Assembly (NCBI GenBank): GCA_041588495.1
Contig: JBFGWM010000002.1
Coordinates: 1-39,069 of the forward strand
Direction: 5' to 3'
Origin: Pseudomonadales bacterium
GTDB lineage: Bacteria > Pseudomonadota > Gammaproteobacteria > Pseudomonadales > JBFGWM01
Length of the DNA stretch: 39,069 bases
A program made the translations under genes and the position numbers. Shown piece by piece: positions 36,162-39,069 of the stretch (positions within the stretch are counted from its first letter, which is position 1; each line of letters starts with the position of its first letter). Under the pieces are notes generated by a model. The model did no database searches and had not been told where the DNA came from. It was given only the letters and a program-made list of their open reading frames with translations.

Positions 36162-36693
36162 CCCGGCGCAACGTGGCGTGCCGGTAATGCCAGCCGCCAC
36201 CCTCCGCGGGCAGCACCTCGCGAACATCCGAGACCTCCCACGCAGAACGCTCAAACTCGGGAAACAGCACATCGCCATCGACGTCGGCCAACACCTCGGT
36301 GAGATAAATGCGATCCGCGAGCGGCAGGGCGAGCGCATACAACTGGGCGCCACCGATCACCATGATCTCGTCAACGCCGTCGATCAGGGCCACGTCCCGC
36401 GCCAGCTCCAGAGCGGAATCCAGGTCAGGACAGCGCCGTGCACCTTCCGCGCCGAACTCCGGATTGCGGGTCACCACGATATTGGTGCGCCCCGGTAGCG
36501 GCCGGCCGATGGAATCCCAGGTCCTGCGCCCCATGATGACGGGCTTACCCATGGTCAGGGCACGGAAATGGCGCAGGTCGCCCGGCAGGTGCCAGGGAAG
36601 TTTCAGACCACGCCCGATAACCCGGTTCCGGGCCATGGCCACCACCAGGCAGATATCCGGGACCGAACCGGCTTCAGGTTGTTCGGTGGCCAT
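36136..36693 (-). CDS. folA: Dihydrofolate reductase
   Basis: ICLVVAMARNRVIGRGLKLPWHLPGDLRHFRALTMGKPVIMGRRTWDSIGRPLPGRTNIVVTR is the classic DHFR pattern. GGGAGG lies 4-5 nt upstream of ATG 36693. Confidence 0.92.
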   Translation of the reverse strand: MATEQPEAGSVPDICLVVAMARNRVIGRGLKLPWHLPGDLRHFRALTMGKPVIMGRRTWDSIGRPLPGRTNIVVTRNPEFGAEGARRCPDLDSALELARDVALIDGVDEIMVIGGAQLYALALPLADRIYLTEVLADVDGDVLFPEFERSAWEVSDVREVLPAEGGGWHYRHATLRRVSAEGSGC

Positions 36694-36955
36694 GCCGCCT
36701 CCCGTGCTGATCAGACACTTTTGGTTTGGTTCGATGCAGAAAGCTCACGACGGGTCGATCCTTCTTGGAAGATCGCCATACGTCGCGCCATTGTACTTCA
36801 GCCTGGCGGGCCCGCCTGCCCATCGCGTTCCATGGCCCGATCGACATCTGCCGAAGACCCCGGCCACGGCTTCGTCCGCTTGACGGACGCTGGCAGCGAC
36901 CACGCCATCTATACTCGGCATTTGGGCCCCTGTAGATAAAGAAGGCTCCCGGCGA

Positions 36956-39069
36956 ATGCACTTCCCACGCGCTGCCAGGGTTCCGGCCCGCCATACCGCC
37001 GTCTGGCTGGCGATGGCCTGCCTGTTTCACGCGGTCTGCGGCCAGGCGGCAAGCGGCGTACAACCCCTGATCGCCACCGAGGCCCTCGACCAGCAGAACC
37101 TTGGTCCCAACATCGAGTATCTCGCCGACCCGGACGGGCAACTGACCATCAGCGACATACTCACCGGCAGGGCCGCGGCCGGGTTCAGGGACCTCGAAAA
37201 CGACAACATCAACTTCGGCTACACCAGTGTCGGTTACTGGTTCCGGTTCCGGATCCAGAACCCCTTCGATCAGGACATCGACCTCTACCTCGAGGCCCGC
37301 TACCCGCTCCTTGATCACGTGAGACTGCACAAGCCGGGTGCGGACGGAACCTACCTTGAAGTCGGGATGGGCGACCACCAGCCCTTCGGATCCCGGCCGC
37401 TGCGCTTCAACATTTTCGTCGACCGCCTGCATATCCCGGCAAAGTCCACGCAGACGTTTTACCTGCATGTGCGCACGACCAGCACCTTCGACGTGCCGCT
37501 GTTCGTCAGCGCGACAGATCCGTTTATCGAGCATGTGCATGATGCCCAGTGGGTACTGGGCATCTTCTACGGCGTCATCTTCGGTCTGATCGCGTACAAC
37601 CTGTTCATCTATTTATCCACGCGGGAAAAGGCCTTCCTGTTCTACGTGCTCTACCTGGTTTGCACCTACGGATACTCGTCGGCGCTGGATGGCATTCATT
37701 TCCGCATGTTTCCCGACGCGGTCGGCTGGCAGCAGTACTCGATTTACGTCTCCGCCAACAGTTCCGTTGTTTTCCTGTTCCTGTTCGCAATCGAGTACCT
37801 CGCCCTGCGCGAGGTGGGCGGCTGGATGCTGCGGCTCACCCGCTTCGGCCTCGGGGTGAACGTCGCAGTCATCCTGTCCCACCTGGTGCTGGACATCACC
37901 ATCACCGCGAAACTCGCGGTGATGGTCGGCATTCTCTCGTTCATCTATGCCATGGTCATCGGCGTGGTGCGGCTGATGCATGGCTATCGCGCGGCCCGCA
38001 TCTACGTGTTGTCCTTCGGCGTGTTCATCTTGATGGGCATCGTGGCGATGCTCGCCGCCTGGGGCATCCTGCCGATTTTCGAACTGTCCCTGTACGGCTT
38101 CAAGATCACCATCCTGCTGCAACTGATCCTGCTGTCGCTGGCCCTCGGTGACCGCATCAACATCCTCAAGGAACGCGAGTTCAAGCTGGAGAAGGAGGCC
38201 ATCTCGGCCCACGCGGAAAGCAAGGCGACCAGCGATTTCCTGGCCAAGATGAGCCACGAGATCCGCACACCGATGAACGGTGTGATGGGCATGGCGGAAC
38301 TGCTCGGCGACACCCCGCTGAACCGGATCCAGAGTCATTACCTCAACGTCATCACCAGTTCGGGCCGCGCCCTGCTCGGCGTGATCAACGACATCCTCGA
38401 TTATTCCAAGATCGAGGCCGGGAAGATGGAACTCGAGGAGATCGACTTCAATCTCGAGGAACTCGCCAACGAGTGCGTCTCCGTGTTCTCCCTCAAGGCG
38501 GACGAAAAGAATCTCGAATTCGTGCTTTCCATCGAGCCGGAGACCCCGGTGGCGCTACGAGGTGACCCCACCCGCCTGCGCCAGGTGATCCTCAACCTGA
38601 TGGGTAACGCGTTCAAGTTCACCGATCGCGGCCACGTCATGCTGAAGGTCCGCCCGGTGCGCAATTCGAACAACAACCCCAACATTCATTTCGAGATCTC
38701 GGATACCGGAATCGGCATGACCGAGGACGTGCGCCGCAAGTTGTTTGCATCGTTCACCCAGGCCGACGCGTCGACCAGCCGCAAGTACGGCGGCACCGGC
38801 CTGGGACTGGCGATCTCGAAACAACTGGTGGAACTGATGGGCGGCAAGATCGGCGTCAACAGCAAGCCGAAACAGGGCTCGACGTTCTGGTTCAATATCC
38901 CGGAGGTTGATGCGCTCAACCCGGAAGAACTGCCCGCCTTCCGCAAGGTCGAGCTGGGCCGGTTCCCGATGCTGATCGTGGACGACCAGACCCAGTTCTG
39001 CAGGGTCATGCAGGAGGAGATGCTGCCCCTGGGGGTGAGTGTCGACATCGCGCCCAGCGGCAAGATCGT
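36956..39069 (+). CDS. Hybrid sensor histidine kinase, 7TMR-DISMED2 + 7TMR-DISM 7TM + HisKA + HATPase_c + start of REC (3' end off window)
   Basis: I translated this manually because the open-ended frame is absent from the track. A signal peptide is followed by NIEYLADPDGQLTISDIL..NFGYTSVGYWFRFRIQNP..LEARYPLLDHVRLH (DISMED2) and about 7 hydrophobic helices. The H-box is SHEIRTPMNGVMGMAELL at 38249+. The N/G boxes are LMGNAFKFT, DTGIGM and GGTGLGLAISK. MLIVDDQ then begins a receiver domain. ATG 36956 is in frame with the H-box (offset 1293 nt). Confidence 0.88.
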   Translation, partial: MHFPRAARVPARHTAVWLAMACLFHAVCGQAASGVQPLIATEALDQQNLGPNIEYLADPDGQLTISDILTGRAAAGFRDLENDNINFGYTSVGYWFRFRIQNPFDQDIDLYLEARYPLLDHVRLHKPGADGTYLEVGMGDHQPFGSRPLRFNIFVDRLHIPAKSTQTFYLHVRTTSTFDVPLFVSATDPFIEHVHDAQWVLGIFYGVIFGLIAYNLFIYLSTREKAFLFYVLYLVCTYGYSSALDGIHFRMFPDAVGWQQYSIYVSANSSVVFLFLFAIEYLALREVGGWMLRLTRFGLGVNVAVILSHLVLDITITAKLAVMVGILSFIYAMVIGVVRLMHGYRAARIYVLSFGVFILMGIVAMLAAWGILPIFELSLYGFKITILLQLILLSLALGDRINILKEREFKLEKEAISAHAESKATSDFLAKMSHEIRTPMNGVMGMAELLGDTPLNRIQSHYLNVITSSGRALLGVINDILDYSKIEAGKMELEEIDFNLEELANECVSVFSLKADEKNLEFVLSIEPETPVALRGDPTRLRQVILNLMGNAFKFTDRGHVMLKVRPVRNSNNNPNIHFEISDTGIGMTEDVRRKLFASFTQADASTSRKYGGTGLGLAISKQLVELMGGKIGVNSKPKQGSTFWFNIPEVDALNPEELPAFRKVELGRFPMLIVDDQTQFCRVMQEEMLPLGVSVDIAPSGKI

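Noticed and set aside
36880-36915. Sigma70-like TTGACG ... TATACT and a sigma54-like TGGCAG-N7-GC upstream of the histidine kinase.
   Set aside because: The -35/-10 spacer is 24 nt, which is far too long. In the sigma54 candidate the GG-to-GC spacing is off by one and there is no TTGC -12 element.
36726-36935. A 69-aa plus-strand ORF in the folA-kinase spacer.
   Set aside because: It is Arg-rich with non-coding-like composition, has no SD, and has no recognisable motif.
1-39069. Search for CRISPR repeats, tRNA/rRNA genes, IS or transposase or integrase genes, toxin-antitoxin pairs and known defence-system signatures (nucleases, helicase/methylase pairs, reverse transcriptases, cyclases).
   Set aside because: No regularly spaced repeats were seen, and no cloverleaf-like or rRNA-like low-GC conserved segments. 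Every large ORF is accounted for by a housekeeping or envelope family. Apart from the left-edge junction, the window looks like core chromosome rather than an accessory island.

Overview
High-GC (about 64-65% by eye) chromosomal segment, probably gammaproteobacterial, almost entirely coding and mostly housekeeping. From memory, the left half matches the Pseudomonas aeruginosa PA5014-PA5004 region: glnE - ilvE - waaF - waaC - waaP - three further LPS-kinase paralogs - carbamoyltransferase, all on the minus strand. Here a Zn-ribbon SAM methyltransferase and a convergent (opposite-strand) GT4 glycosyltransferase are added, and no waaG lies between waaC and waaP. The middle carries a 2-TM K+ channel, pyrF, a CDA-family deaminase translationally coupled to a membrane/zinc-ribbon/ankyrin protein, a coiled-coil membrane protein, plsC, an orphan GspE/PilB-family ATPase, and DUF47-pit. 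The right half carries putA, argE, argA, ilvD, then a four-gene cluster (carotenoid-cleavage-type oxygenase, two thiolase-fold proteins, an XRE-HTH protein with an unassignable C-terminal domain), folA, and the 5' part of a 7TMR-DISM hybrid histidine kinase. I found no tRNA, rRNA, CRISPR array, IS element, transposase, integrase or recognisable phage-defence gene, and no convincing new multi-gene system. The points most worth a second look are: (1) one in-frame TAG that splits glnE just before its second nucleotidyltransferase domain; (2) the oxygenase/thiolase/thiolase/HTH cluster, whose second thiolase lacks the acid-base cysteine; (3) the TM-zinc-ribbon-ankyrin protein coupled to a deaminase; (4) an abrupt junction near 455-490 where two 5'-truncated genes meet back to back with different codon usage; (5) an LPS-kinase paralog with Cys in place of the catalytic Asp; (6) an orphan secretion-type ATPase. 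The many long antisense ORFs in the track are high-GC shadow frames. All family assignments come from reading motifs in the translations; no database search was run.
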